DNA of 32,000 nt from Rhodocyclaceae bacterium (lineage in GTDB: Bacteria > Pseudomonadota > Gammaproteobacteria > Burkholderiales > Rhodocyclaceae): NCBI GenBank assembly GCA_041674785.1, contig JBAYVG010000012.1, positions 1 through 32,000 of the forward strand. Reading direction: 5' to 3'. The notes beneath the pieces were generated by a model that saw only the letters and a program-made list of their open reading frames with translations, was not told where the DNA came from and made no database searches. Positions 1 to 8,118 of this stretch are shown here, in pieces. Made by a program: the position numbers and the translations under genes. Every line of letters starts with the position of its first letter. Position 1 is the stretch's first letter.

Positions 1-536
1 GCTGGCAGGCGAAGGAACTCGATATCGAGATTCCCTGCGTCATCTCCAACCACGATACCTTCCGCGGGTTTGTCGAGTGGCACGGCATCCCATTCCACCA
101 TGTGCCGGTGACGCCGGACAACAAGGCCGCCGCCTACGCCGAAGTACAGCGCATCTTCGAGGAAGTGCACGGCGACTGCATGGTGCTGGCGCGCTACATG
201 CAGGTGCTGTCGCCCGATCTGTGTGCCAAGTACCCGGGCCAGATCATCAACATCCACCACTCCTTCCTGCCTTCGTTCGTCGGCGCCAAGCCCTACCACC
301 AGGCCTACGAGCGCGGCGTCAAGCTGATCGGCGCGACCTGCCACTACGTGACGGAAGAGCTGGATCAGGGGCCGATCATCGAGCAGGACGTGATCCGCAT
401 CGACCACTCCGACTCGATCGAGGATATGGTTCGCTACGGCAAGGATATCGAGAAGACTGTGCTCGCACGCGGCTTGCGCTACCACCTGGAAGACCGGGTG
501 CTGGTGCACGGAAACAAGACAGTGGTTTTCCGCTAG
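1..536 (+). CDS. purU: Formyltetrahydrofolate deformylase, C-terminal part (5' end lies outside the window; reading frame starts at nt 3)
   Basis: The frame-3 translation is open from nt 3 (WQAKELDIEIPCVISNHDTFRGFVEWHGIPFHHVPVTPDNK...). It continues through NIHHSFLPSFVGAKPYHQAYERGVKLIGATCHYVTEELDQGPII, the formyltransferase core typical of PurU. Stop codon ends at 536. Confidence 0.85.
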   Translation, partial: WQAKELDIEIPCVISNHDTFRGFVEWHGIPFHHVPVTPDNKAAAYAEVQRIFEEVHGDCMVLARYMQVLSPDLCAKYPGQIINIHHSFLPSFVGAKPYHQAYERGVKLIGATCHYVTEELDQGPIIEQDVIRIDHSDSIEDMVRYGKDIEKTVLARGLRYHLEDRVLVHGNKTVVFR

Positions 537-553
537 GCACCAGGAAAGCAAGC

Positions 554-1096
554 ATGCTCATCCAGCCCAACCAATCGCTGCTGCTCGTCGTCGACATCCA
601 GGAAAAACTGGCGCCGGCAATCCATGAAGGCGCTGCTGCCATCGCCAACAACCGGCGCCTGCTGGCCAGCGCTACTCGGCTTGGCATCCCGGTGTTCGTA
701 TCCGAGCAGTACGTGCGCGGGCTGGGTGGCACCGTTGCCGAGTTATTGCCGCTGCCGGCGGGTGCACAACGCATCGAGAAAATGCATTTTTCGTGCACGC
801 GCGAACCGGGTTTCCTTGAAAAACTGGCGCAGACAGGTCGCCAGCAGATTGTTGTTACCGGCATGGAAACGCATGTCTGCGTGCTGCAAACCGCTCTCGG
901 CCTGCTCGAAGCCGGCTACACGGTCTTTCTCGTCGAAGATGCGTCCTCGTCGCGCACGCCGGCAAATCGGGCCGCCGCCCTTGCGCGCCTGCGTGCAGCC
1001 GGTGCCCACATCGTTACCACCGAAATGGTGGTGTTCGAGTGGCTGCAGAAAGCCGGCACCGACGATTTCCGCGCACTGCTGCCGCTGATCAAGTAA
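554..1096 (+). CDS. Isochorismatase-family (cysteine) hydrolase
   Basis: ATG at 554 gives MLIQPNQSLLLVVDIQEKL... with VVTGMETHVCVLQTALGL (catalytic Cys context) and a length of about 180 aa, as in this family. The 339-aa ORF-track version starting at 77 overlaps purU and is rejected. Confidence 0.8.
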   Translation: MLIQPNQSLLLVVDIQEKLAPAIHEGAAAIANNRRLLASATRLGIPVFVSEQYVRGLGGTVAELLPLPAGAQRIEKMHFSCTREPGFLEKLAQTGRQQIVVTGMETHVCVLQTALGLLEAGYTVFLVEDASSSRTPANRAAALARLRAAGAHIVTTEMVVFEWLQKAGTDDFRALLPLIK

Positions 1097-1687
1097 TCAG
1101 CCGAAATTGCGTCGCCACACAGCGACCGGTATTCCCGACACCGCATACTCTGCCGCCACATAACCCGCCGGCTGTCCTGCTTCCTCGTAGGCACGGGCTG
1201 TCACCAGAATTTCGCCACGCCCGGCCAGATCCTCGCCCAGCTTGGCGGCAATGTTCACGGCGTCGCCGAAAAAATCCGTTTCACGAATCAGCAGGATGTC
1301 GCCACTGTCGATGCCGATGCTGGCCCCCACCGTGCGCCCATCGGCAGTTTCCAGGCCACGGCCGGCCAGCTGCCGTTGAATGTCCTCGGCGGCCTGCAGC
1401 GCCTGTGCGGCATTCGCAAAGACAGCAAAGACGTTGTCGGCGTCATGCTTCACCACTTCACCCCCCGCCAGTTCGATCGGTGACTGGCAAAGCACCTGCA
1501 TGCGTCGGATCAACGCGAGGTGCGCCAGGATGCCGGTGCGCCGTACCGAGATCGAGAAATCGGTCATGTCCAGCACCAGTGCAGTTCGGTGCACCTGGAA
1601 ACTCTTGCGGATCAAGGCCTCGATAGCCGGCCGCTCTTCCGGGGCGGCGGCATTGAGCGTGTCGAGCAGATGGTCGAATGTTTTCAT
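1097..1687 (-). CDS. Stand-alone class III adenylate/guanylate cyclase homology domain protein (196 aa)
   Basis: ATG at 1687 is preceded by GGAGGG. Cyclase-homology motifs are visible: LVLDMTDFS (first metal Asp), KHDADNVFAVF (second Asp), GDAVNIAAKL (catalytic Asn; the usual Arg is Lys). There is no TM or sensor domain. Confidence 0.6.
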   Translation of the reverse strand: MKTFDHLLDTLNAAAPEERPAIEALIRKSFQVHRTALVLDMTDFSISVRRTGILAHLALIRRMQVLCQSPIELAGGEVVKHDADNVFAVFANAAQALQAAEDIQRQLAGRGLETADGRTVGASIGIDSGDILLIRETDFFGDAVNIAAKLGEDLAGRGEILVTARAYEEAGQPAGYVAAEYAVSGIPVAVWRRNFG

Positions 1688-1752
1688 GCTTACCCTCCGC
1701 TTGCCAGCCTAACAAAAATTCACGCCCGCTTGCGCGGTCGGCATGCGCTGAC

Positions 1753-1780
1753 AAAAAAATCGGGCACCCGAAGGTGCCCG
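1753..1780 (-). terminator. Rho-independent terminator downstream of amtB
   Basis: The minus strand reads CGGGCACC-TTCG-GGTGCCCG (8-bp GC-rich stem, 1761-1780) followed by TTTTTTT (1753-1759). It lies 27 nt after the amtB stop. Confidence 0.75.
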
Positions 1781-1806
1781 AAAGGAGGGTGCTGCTAGGA
1801 GAGAAA

Positions 1807-3276
1807 TTAGTGGTGGTAGGCCGATTCACCGTGCGAGGTGATATCCAGGCCTTCGCGCTCTTCTTCTTCCGGAACACGCAGACCGATGACTACATCAACC
1901 AGCTTGAAGGCAATGATCGAGACCACGGCCGACCAGACGATGACGGTACCGACACCCCACAGCTGGCTGATCACCTGCGCCGTCATGTCGTAGTCGCCGA
2001 CCTTGTTGGCCACGTAGTCATAGACCCCGGTACCGCCAAGCGACGGGGCGGCAAAAACACCGGTCAGGACAGCACCGAGGATGCCGCCGACACCATGCAC
2101 GCCAAACACGTCGAGCGAGTCGTCCGCACCGAGCAGGCGCTTCAGGCCATTGACGCCCCACAGACAGATCACGCCGGCGAGGAGGCCGATGACGATGGCA
2201 CCGATGACACCGACAAAGCCGGCAGCCGGGGTGATCGCTACCAGGCCAGCAACAGCACCGGAGGCAGCACCCAGCATCGAGGGCTTGCCCTTGAGCAGCC
2301 ATTCGGCAAGCATCCAGGACAGTGCTGCGCAGGCGGTGGCCAGCCAGGTGGTGACCATGGCGAGGGCTGAGCCGCCGCTGGCTTCGAGTGCCGAACCGGC
2401 GTTGAAGCCAAACCAGCCGAACCACAGCAGCGACGCGCCGATCATGGTGAAGGTCAGGCTGTGCGGGGCCATCGATTCACGGCCGTAGCCAACGCGCTTG
2501 CCGATCAGGAAGGCACCAACCAGGCCGGCAACAGCGGCGTTGATATGCACCACGGTACCGCCGGCGAAGTCGAGCGCCCCCTTCTGGAAGAGGAAACCGG
2601 CCGTCTTGCCTGCAAGCTCGCCCGCAGCCGCATCGGTGTAGGCATCCGGACCCGCCCAATACCAGACCATGTGGGCCATCGGCAGGTAGGAGAGGGTGAA
2701 CCAGATAACCATGAACACCAGCACGGCAGAGAACTTCACGCGTTCAGCAAAGGCACCGACAATCAGGCTGCAGGTGATCGCCGCGAAAGCACCCTGGAAG
2801 ATGATGTAGGCGTACTCCGAAATCACCACGCCCTTGGAGAAGGTGGCCGCCACCGAATCGACGGTCACGCCTTTCAGGAACAGCTTGTCGAGCGTGCCGA
2901 AGAAGCCCCCTCCCTCGGTGAAGGCGATGGAGTAGCCATAGACCACCCAGAGGATGCTGATCAGCGAGAAGGTGACGAAGACCTGCATGAGCACCGAGAG
3001 CATGTTCTTCGAGCGGACAAGACCGCCGTAGAACAGCGCCAGGCCGGGAATGGACATGAGGATGACCAGGGCAGCGCAGACCATGATCCAGGCGTTGTCG
3101 CCCTTGTTCACGACGGGAGCTGCAACCGGTGCGGCGGCAGCCGCATCAACTGCAGCCGCGCCGACTACCGCGACGGCAGCGGGTGTGGCATCCGCTGCCG
3201 ACTTCTCCTCGGCCCAGGCCGGTGTGCCGACAAGCACGGCACCCGCCAGAGCCAGCATTGCAAATAGGCGTTTCAT
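1807..3276 (-). CDS. amtB: Ammonium transporter (Amt family) with N-terminal signal peptide
   Basis: 489 aa. Has an MKRLFAMLALAGAVLVGTPAWA signal and Amt signatures (AWIMVCAALVILMSIPGLALFYGG, FAGGTVVHINAAVAGL, DDSLDVFGVHGVGGILG). AGGAG RBS. Immediately follows glnK. Confidence 0.95.
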   Translation of the reverse strand: MKRLFAMLALAGAVLVGTPAWAEEKSAADATPAAVAVVGAAAVDAAAAAPVAAPVVNKGDNAWIMVCAALVILMSIPGLALFYGGLVRSKNMLSVLMQVFVTFSLISILWVVYGYSIAFTEGGGFFGTLDKLFLKGVTVDSVAATFSKGVVISEYAYIIFQGAFAAITCSLIVGAFAERVKFSAVLVFMVIWFTLSYLPMAHMVWYWAGPDAYTDAAAGELAGKTAGFLFQKGALDFAGGTVVHINAAVAGLVGAFLIGKRVGYGRESMAPHSLTFTMIGASLLWFGWFGFNAGSALEASGGSALAMVTTWLATACAALSWMLAEWLLKGKPSMLGAASGAVAGLVAITPAAGFVGVIGAIVIGLLAGVICLWGVNGLKRLLGADDSLDVFGVHGVGGILGAVLTGVFAAPSLGGTGVYDYVANKVGDYDMTAQVISQLWGVGTVIVWSAVVSIIAFKLVDVVIGLRVPEEEEREGLDITSHGESAYHH

Positions 3277-3288
3277 GATGACAGCTCC

Positions 3289-3645
<357 letters not shown>

Positions 3646-3657
3646 TCAGGGTTGGCG

Positions 3658-4524
3658 TTAAAAGCTGCGAGAAACCGACAGCACGGCGATACCGCGACCG
3701 GAATCCTTGTTGCTGCTGCTCAGATCGAGCGTGCCGTTGTCGTCCTGGATCGACTTGGCAAAGCAGTAGGGCTGATAGGTCGATGCGCCGGAGCAGTCGC
3801 CACTGGCATTCGTACCGACATAAGCCAGGCCGACGACCCAGCCACTGAGGTCCTTGGTCACGCCCACTTTCCAGTCGGTGTAGCTGCCGTTGTGCAGATT
3901 CTTCGCCGACAGATGGCCGACGTGGCCGTTGACGCCCCAGCCATCGCCAAGATCATAGGTGGCTGAAAGATCGAGGTAATGCGTACCCTTGGTGCTCTTG
4001 CCAGTCGTAGTGCCAGCCGAGTCCCAGCCACGCAACGAGAAGTAGTCATCCACCGAGTGGTAGTACTTCAGCGACACGGTCTTCCACGAACCGCCGATAT
4101 ACAGTTCCTTGTTGGTCACGGCGCCCTTGTCGGCACCAGTGCCAAGAGCACGGCCTTCGGAGCCGGGGTAGTAATAGACGATGCCGCCGAGGTCCAGACC
4201 CCAGTCACCCCAGGACTTCTTCCAGCCACCGTAGAAGTCCATTTCCAGGTTGCCGTCCGGGAAACCGGCGCCGGAGCTGACGTTGGAGTTCCAGTTGCCG
4301 GCGTAGAGGCCGCTCTCGTGCGAGTAATCGACACCCCCTTGCAGGGCGGGCTTGCCATAGGTCTGGTCAATGCCGCGGAAACGATAGCTGGAGAAGAGGC
4401 CGATGTTTGCCGTCAGCGTGTGCGGGCTGGCCGGAGCCGCTTCCGCCGCCGGGGCTGCGGTCTGGGCGAAAGCCGGTACCGCAAAGGCTGAAGTCAGCAG
4501 GGAGGCAATGAGCAGTTTTTTCAT
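3658..4524 (-). CDS. Putative outer-membrane beta-barrel porin (TorF-family-like), first gene of the glnK-amtB operon
   Basis: ATG at 4524 with GGAG upstream gives the signal peptide MKKLLIASLLTSAFAVPAFAQ. The protein is Gly/Tyr/Trp-rich with an alternating pattern and ends in ...SVSRSF (C-terminal Phe). From memory it resembles TorF-type putative porins that often precede glnK-amtB. The ORF-track start at 4635 is an unlikely extension. Confidence 0.7.
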   Translation of the reverse strand: MKKLLIASLLTSAFAVPAFAQTAAPAAEAAPASPHTLTANIGLFSSYRFRGIDQTYGKPALQGGVDYSHESGLYAGNWNSNVSSGAGFPDGNLEMDFYGGWKKSWGDWGLDLGGIVYYYPGSEGRALGTGADKGAVTNKELYIGGSWKTVSLKYYHSVDDYFSLRGWDSAGTTTGKSTKGTHYLDLSATYDLGDGWGVNGHVGHLSAKNLHNGSYTDWKVGVTKDLSGWVVGLAYVGTNASGDCSGASTYQPYCFAKSIQDDNGTLDLSSSNKDSGRGIAVLSVSRSF

Positions 4525-4578
4525 AGTGGACTCCAAGAGCGATTGATTATTGAAGGGGAAGCTTTGCAATAAAGCTTT

Positions 4579-4595
4579 AGCATCAGCCGTGCCAG
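4579..4595 (-). promoter_or_regulatory. Sigma54 (-24/-12) promoter for porin-glnK-amtB
   Basis: The minus strand reads CTGGCACGGCTGATGCT. This gives a GG (4593-4592) and GC (4581-4580) pair separated by 10 nt, matching TGGCAC-N5-TTGC in all but one position. It lies about 55 nt upstream of the porin ATG. Confidence 0.6.
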
Positions 4596-4630
4596 ATTTT
4601 TTTCTTCGTAAAATCAATGAATTGCTGTCA

Positions 4631-4672
4631 TGCACAAATCAGCGCACTGATTTTTAGCACCGAAGCGGTGCA
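4631..4672. promoter_or_regulatory. Two NtrC-type enhancer-like palindromes upstream of the sigma54 promoter
   Basis: AGCACC-GAAGC-GGTGCA (4656-4672) is a near-perfect match to TGCACC-N5-GGTGCA. TGCACA-AATCA-GCGCAC (4631-4647) is a weaker second site. Both lie 40-80 nt upstream of the -24 element, in the porin/ubiK divergent region. Confidence 0.5.
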
Positions 4673-4782
4673 TGACGAGCGGCATTCGCGCCAGCACGGT
4701 GCGGCGCCAGGCGGGCCAGCCCGCTGTGCTAAACTCGCCCGCTCCAGACTCGTTGCCAGACAGGGCAGACAGGAAAAGTGCG

Positions 4783-5031
4783 ATGCTCGATCCGAAACTT
4801 TTTGACGAACTCAACAGCCGCCTTTCGGCACTGATCGCCGCCAGCCCGGCACGGGACATAGAAAAGAACGTCAAGGCTCTCCTGGGCAGCGTTTTCGAGA
4901 AAATGGATCTGGTCACCCGCGAAGAATTCGATATCCAGTCACAACTACTGGCGCGTACGCGTGAAAAACTGACGGCACTGGAAGCCCGCGTTGCCGCCCT
5001 CGAAGCGTCGCAAAAGGCCGCGCAAAAGTAA
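4783..5031 (+). CDS. ubiK: UbiK/YqiC (BMFP) family coiled-coil accessory protein
   Basis: ATG at 4783 gives MLDPKLFDELNSRLSALIAASPARDIEKNVKALL...EEFDIQSQLLARTREKLTALEARVAALE (82 aa, coiled coil). Its position immediately upstream of comM/yifB is typical. Confidence 0.7.
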   Translation: MLDPKLFDELNSRLSALIAASPARDIEKNVKALLGSVFEKMDLVTREEFDIQSQLLARTREKLTALEARVAALEASQKAAQK

Positions 5032-5036
5032 GCCCC

Positions 5037-6527
5037 ATGGCACTCGCCATCGTCCGTAGCCGAGGTCTCGACGGCCTCGCCGCACCGGCGGTGGCGGTGG
5101 AAGTACATCTCGCCGGCGGCTTGCCCTCGGTCACCCTGGTCGGACTGCCCGATACCGAAGTCAAGGAAGCGCGTGACCGCGTGCGGGCTGCGCTGATCAA
5201 TTCCGGCTTCGAATTTCCCGCCCGCCGTATCACCATCAACCTCGCGCCGGCTGATTTGCCAAAAGAATCCGGACGCTTCGACCTGCCCATCGCGCTCGGT
5301 ATTCTTGCGGCATCCGGCCAGATACCGGGCGACCGACTCGGCCAGTACGAATTTGCCGGAGAACTCTCGCTTTCCGGCGAATTGCGCCCGGTCCGCGGCG
5401 CACTGGCCATGGTGCTGGCGGCAGACGGCGAAGCACGCAGTTTCGTGCTGCCCGTGGAAAGCGCTGCAGAAGCGGCACTGGTTCGCCCCGAAGGGATTCT
5501 TGCCGCCGGCAGCCTGCTCGCCGTCTGCGCCCACCTGCGCGGCGACGACGTGCTGGCGACTGCAACCGCCGCCGCCAGCGAAGCCCCGACACAATACCCC
5601 GACCTGGCCGAGGTACGCGGCCAGGCGCAGGTCAAGCGCGCGCTTGAAATCGCTGCGGCCGGCAGCCATTCGCTGCTGATGTCCGGCCCCCCGGGCAGCG
5701 GCAAATCCATGCTGGCCGCCCGCTTGCCAGGCCTGCTGCCGGCACTGGAAAATGCGGCGGCACTTGAATCGGCTGCTGTCCTCTCACTGGCGGGGAAATT
5801 TCGGCCGGCGCAGTTCGGCCAGCGGATTTTTCGCAACCCGCACCACACCGCCTCGGCGGCCGCACTGGTTGGCGGCGGCAGCACACCGCGCCCGGGCGAG
5901 ATTTCACTGGCGCACAATGGGGTGCTCTTTCTCGATGAACTGCCGGAGTTCGACCGGCGCGTGCTGGAGTCGCTGCGTGAACCGCTGGAGAGCGGCCACA
6001 TCCACATCTCCCGCGCCGCCCGGCATGCCGAGTTCCCCGCCCGTTTTCAGCTCGTTGCAGCCATGAATCCTTGTCCCTGCGGATGGCACGGCGACCCCTC
6101 CGGACGCTGTCGCTGCACACCCGACCAGGTCACACGCTATCGCGGCAAGCTCTCGGGGCCGCTGCTCGACCGCATCGACCTCAACGTGGAAGTCCCGGCA
6201 GTACCGGCGGAAGCCCTGCAAAAGTCTGCTGACGGGGAGTCATCCGCCAGCGTGCGTCAACGGGTCAGTCGCGCGATGAGCAGGCAACTGCAGCGCCAGG
6301 GCAAGCCCAACGCCCGCCTCGGCACCAAGGAAATCGACCTGCACTGCCAACCGGATGCCGCCGGTGCCGCCTTGCTGAAACAGGCCGCAACACGCCTTGG
6401 CCTGTCGGCGCGCGCCTTTCACCGCGTCCAGAAAGTAGCGCGCACCATCGCTGATCTGGCGGGTGCAGAGCAGATCGGTGCCGCGCACATTGCTGAGGCG
6501 GTACAGCTTCGCCGGCAAGCGAATTGA
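5037..6527 (+). CDS. comM: YifB/ComM family Mg-chelatase-like AAA+ ATPase
   Basis: 496 aa. N-terminal Lon-protease-like domain (VEVHLAGGLPSVTLVGLPDTEVKEARDRV), Walker A MSGPPGSGKSML, Walker B GVLFLDELPEF, a Cys cluster NPCPCGWHGDPSGRCRCTPDQV, and the C-terminal ChlI-like tail. Confidence 0.9.
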   Translation: MALAIVRSRGLDGLAAPAVAVEVHLAGGLPSVTLVGLPDTEVKEARDRVRAALINSGFEFPARRITINLAPADLPKESGRFDLPIALGILAASGQIPGDRLGQYEFAGELSLSGELRPVRGALAMVLAADGEARSFVLPVESAAEAALVRPEGILAAGSLLAVCAHLRGDDVLATATAAASEAPTQYPDLAEVRGQAQVKRALEIAAAGSHSLLMSGPPGSGKSMLAARLPGLLPALENAAALESAAVLSLAGKFRPAQFGQRIFRNPHHTASAAALVGGGSTPRPGEISLAHNGVLFLDELPEFDRRVLESLREPLESGHIHISRAARHAEFPARFQLVAAMNPCPCGWHGDPSGRCRCTPDQVTRYRGKLSGPLLDRIDLNVEVPAVPAEALQKSADGESSASVRQRVSRAMSRQLQRQGKPNARLGTKEIDLHCQPDAAGAALLKQAATRLGLSARAFHRVQKVARTIADLAGAEQIGAAHIAEAVQLRRQAN

Positions 6528-6533
6528 AAAACT

Positions 6534-6885
6534 TTAACCACAGCGGGCACGGTGAAAACATGGCGGCCCTGATCCTTAAAACCTCCATTCAAACCACGAA
6601 GCGCACGAGGAAATTCAGGCGAATACTAGCGATGCCGGCAATCACCGTATTGTTTCGGCCCGGTGAACTCAAAAAGCGCCGTCATACCGGCGAAAGCCGG
6701 TACCCAGTATCTGAGAGGAAGCGCCGACTGGACCCCGGCTTTCGCCGGGGTGACGAATTCATAGCGCTTCGGGCCTCATCAATAGCGGTGAAGGTAAAGG
6801 CTGTTTCAACGTATTGTTTCTCTTCGTGCTCTTCGTGCGCTTCGTGGTTAACAGGTTAATTCTTCACCGTACCGGCCGTGGTTAG
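6534..6885. repeat. Composite nested MITE-like element (outer TTAACCAC-ended element, inner CACGAAG-phased element, innermost palindromic doublet)
   Basis: Outer inverted ends are 6534-6556 and 6863-6885 (19 of 23 complementary). Inner inverted ends are 6587-6614 and 6817-6852, with CTTCGTG at 6822, 6831 and 6840. The inner element aligns with the reverse complement of 24764-24904, apart from an inserted block of about 140 bp at about 6650-6790. Confidence 0.7.
6680..6755. repeat. REP-like palindromic doublet (two inverted GC hairpins)
   Basis: CGTCATACCGGCGAAAGCCGGTACCC (6680-6705; hairpin 6685-6702) pairs in inverted orientation with GACCCCGGCTTTCGCCGGGGTGACG (6730-6754; hairpin 6733-6750). 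The sequence type resembles the widespread GC-hairpin repeats that spuriously translate as ...PAKAG.../...FAGMT...-like peptides. Confidence 0.6.
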
Positions 6886-6909
6886 CTGCTTTTGAAACAA
6901 GCCCCCACC

Positions 6910-8118
6910 ATGAAACCCCCACTTTCCGACCGTGGCTTCGCACTGCTGCTCGCGGCGCTATCGTCTCTGGGGCCGTTCTCGATTGACACTTATCTGCCGT
7001 CATTTCCGGAAATGGCCGAGCGCCTCAGCGCAACGCCACTGGAGGTGCAGCAGACACTTTCCGCCTACCTGATACCGTTTGCCGCCATGGCCTTGTGGCA
7101 CGGCGCCATCTCCGACGCACTCGGCCGTCGCCGCGCCATCCTCTGGGCGCTTGTGCTTTTCGGCATTGCCTCGGCAGGCTGCGCCTTCGCCACGCGCATC
7201 GAGCATCTCTGGTTGCTACGTGCGCTGCAGGGCATCAGCGCCGGTGCCGGCATCGTCATCAGCCGCGCCATCGTGCGCGATCTCTACGACGGGGCCGCAG
7301 CGCAGAAGCTCATGTCGCACGTTGCCATCACCTTCGCGCTGGCACCGGCCATTGCCCCGGTGATCGGTGGCTGGCTGCAATCGTGGTTCGGCTGGCGTTC
7401 GGTCTTCGTTTTCCTGACATTGCTCACCAGCACCCTGTTGCTTGCCTGCTGGCGCTGGTTACCGGAAACGCTGCCGCCAGAAAAACGGCAGTCCCTGCAC
7501 CCGGCTTACCTCGTCCGTACCTACCAGAAAGTGCTCGGCACCCCCAGCTTCCTGGCCGCCACCGCCGCGCTCGCATTCAATTTCTGCGGCTTCTTCGTCT
7601 ACGTACTGTCAGCACCAATGTTTCTGATAACCCACCTCGGCGTCTCCGAACGCGAATTCCTCTGGCTGTTCGGTCCGGCAATGGGCGGGCTGATGCTGGG
7701 CAGCTGGTTCTCCGGCCGCCTTGCCGGCAAATTGACGCCGCTGCAATGCATCGGCCGTGGCTACATTGTCATGGCCATCGCTGTGGTGCTCAATCTGGCC
7801 ATCAGCCAGGGGCTGCCGTCAGGGCTCCCGTGGAGTGTGCTGCCCCTTTTTGTCTACACCACCGGCATGGCGCTGGCGATGTCGGCGCTGACGATTCTCG
7901 CGCTCGACCCCTTCGCCAATGAGCGCGGACTGGCGGCCTCATGCCAGACCTTTCTGCAATCCGGCACCAATGGCCTCGTCGCCGGACTGGTCGTGCCGCT
8001 GCTCTGGAGCAGCACCCAAACGCTGGCTTTTGGCATGGCCGGGTTTGCACTTGTCGGCGCCGCCGCAACCGGGCTTTACCTCAAGGCATCTGTCGGCAGT
8101 GCGTCTCGCGCGCCATAA
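6910..8118 (+). CDS. MFS transporter, Bcr/CflA drug-resistance subfamily
   Basis: FALLLAALSSLGPFSIDTYLPSFPEMAERL and GAISDALGRRRAIL motifs, 12 predicted TM segments. ATG at 6910 is preferred over the TTG at 6892 used by the ORF track. Neither has a clear SD. Confidence 0.8.
   Translation: MKPPLSDRGFALLLAALSSLGPFSIDTYLPSFPEMAERLSATPLEVQQTLSAYLIPFAAMALWHGAISDALGRRRAILWALVLFGIASAGCAFATRIEHLWLLRALQGISAGAGIVISRAIVRDLYDGAAAQKLMSHVAITFALAPAIAPVIGGWLQSWFGWRSVFVFLTLLTSTLLLACWRWLPETLPPEKRQSLHPAYLVRTYQKVLGTPSFLAATAALAFNFCGFFVYVLSAPMFLITHLGVSEREFLWLFGPAMGGLMLGSWFSGRLAGKLTPLQCIGRGYIVMAIAVVLNLAISQGLPSGLPWSVLPLFVYTTGMALAMSALTILALDPFANERGLAASCQTFLQSGTNGLVAGLVVPLLWSSTQTLAFGMAGFALVGAAATGLYLKASVGSASRAP

Noticed and set aside
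77-1096. 339-aa version of the isochorismatase-family ORF starting at 77
   Set aside because: The first ~159 codons overlap purU in another frame and are Arg/Gly/Ala-rich. The ATG at 554 gives a full-length family-typical protein.
4614-6007. 351-aa and 364-aa minus-strand ORFs opposite ubiK/comM
   Set aside because: They are antisense to well-supported genes, Arg/Ala/Ser-rich, and have no RBS or motifs. They are GC-driven artefacts.
6817-6852. CTTCGTG arrays as a CRISPR or iteron origin
   Set aside because: The units are only 9 bp, with three per arm and no unique spacers. They occur as inverted pairs bounding short elements, and there are no cas or rep genes. This is consistent with MITE termini, not CRISPR or a replication origin.
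6524-6859. 111-aa ORF across the comM-bcr intergenic region
   Set aside because: It is composed of translated repeat units (RHTGESRYP and LDPGFRRGDE from the hairpin doublet, SSCSSCASW from the CTTCGTG units). It is a repeat-derived pseudo-ORF.
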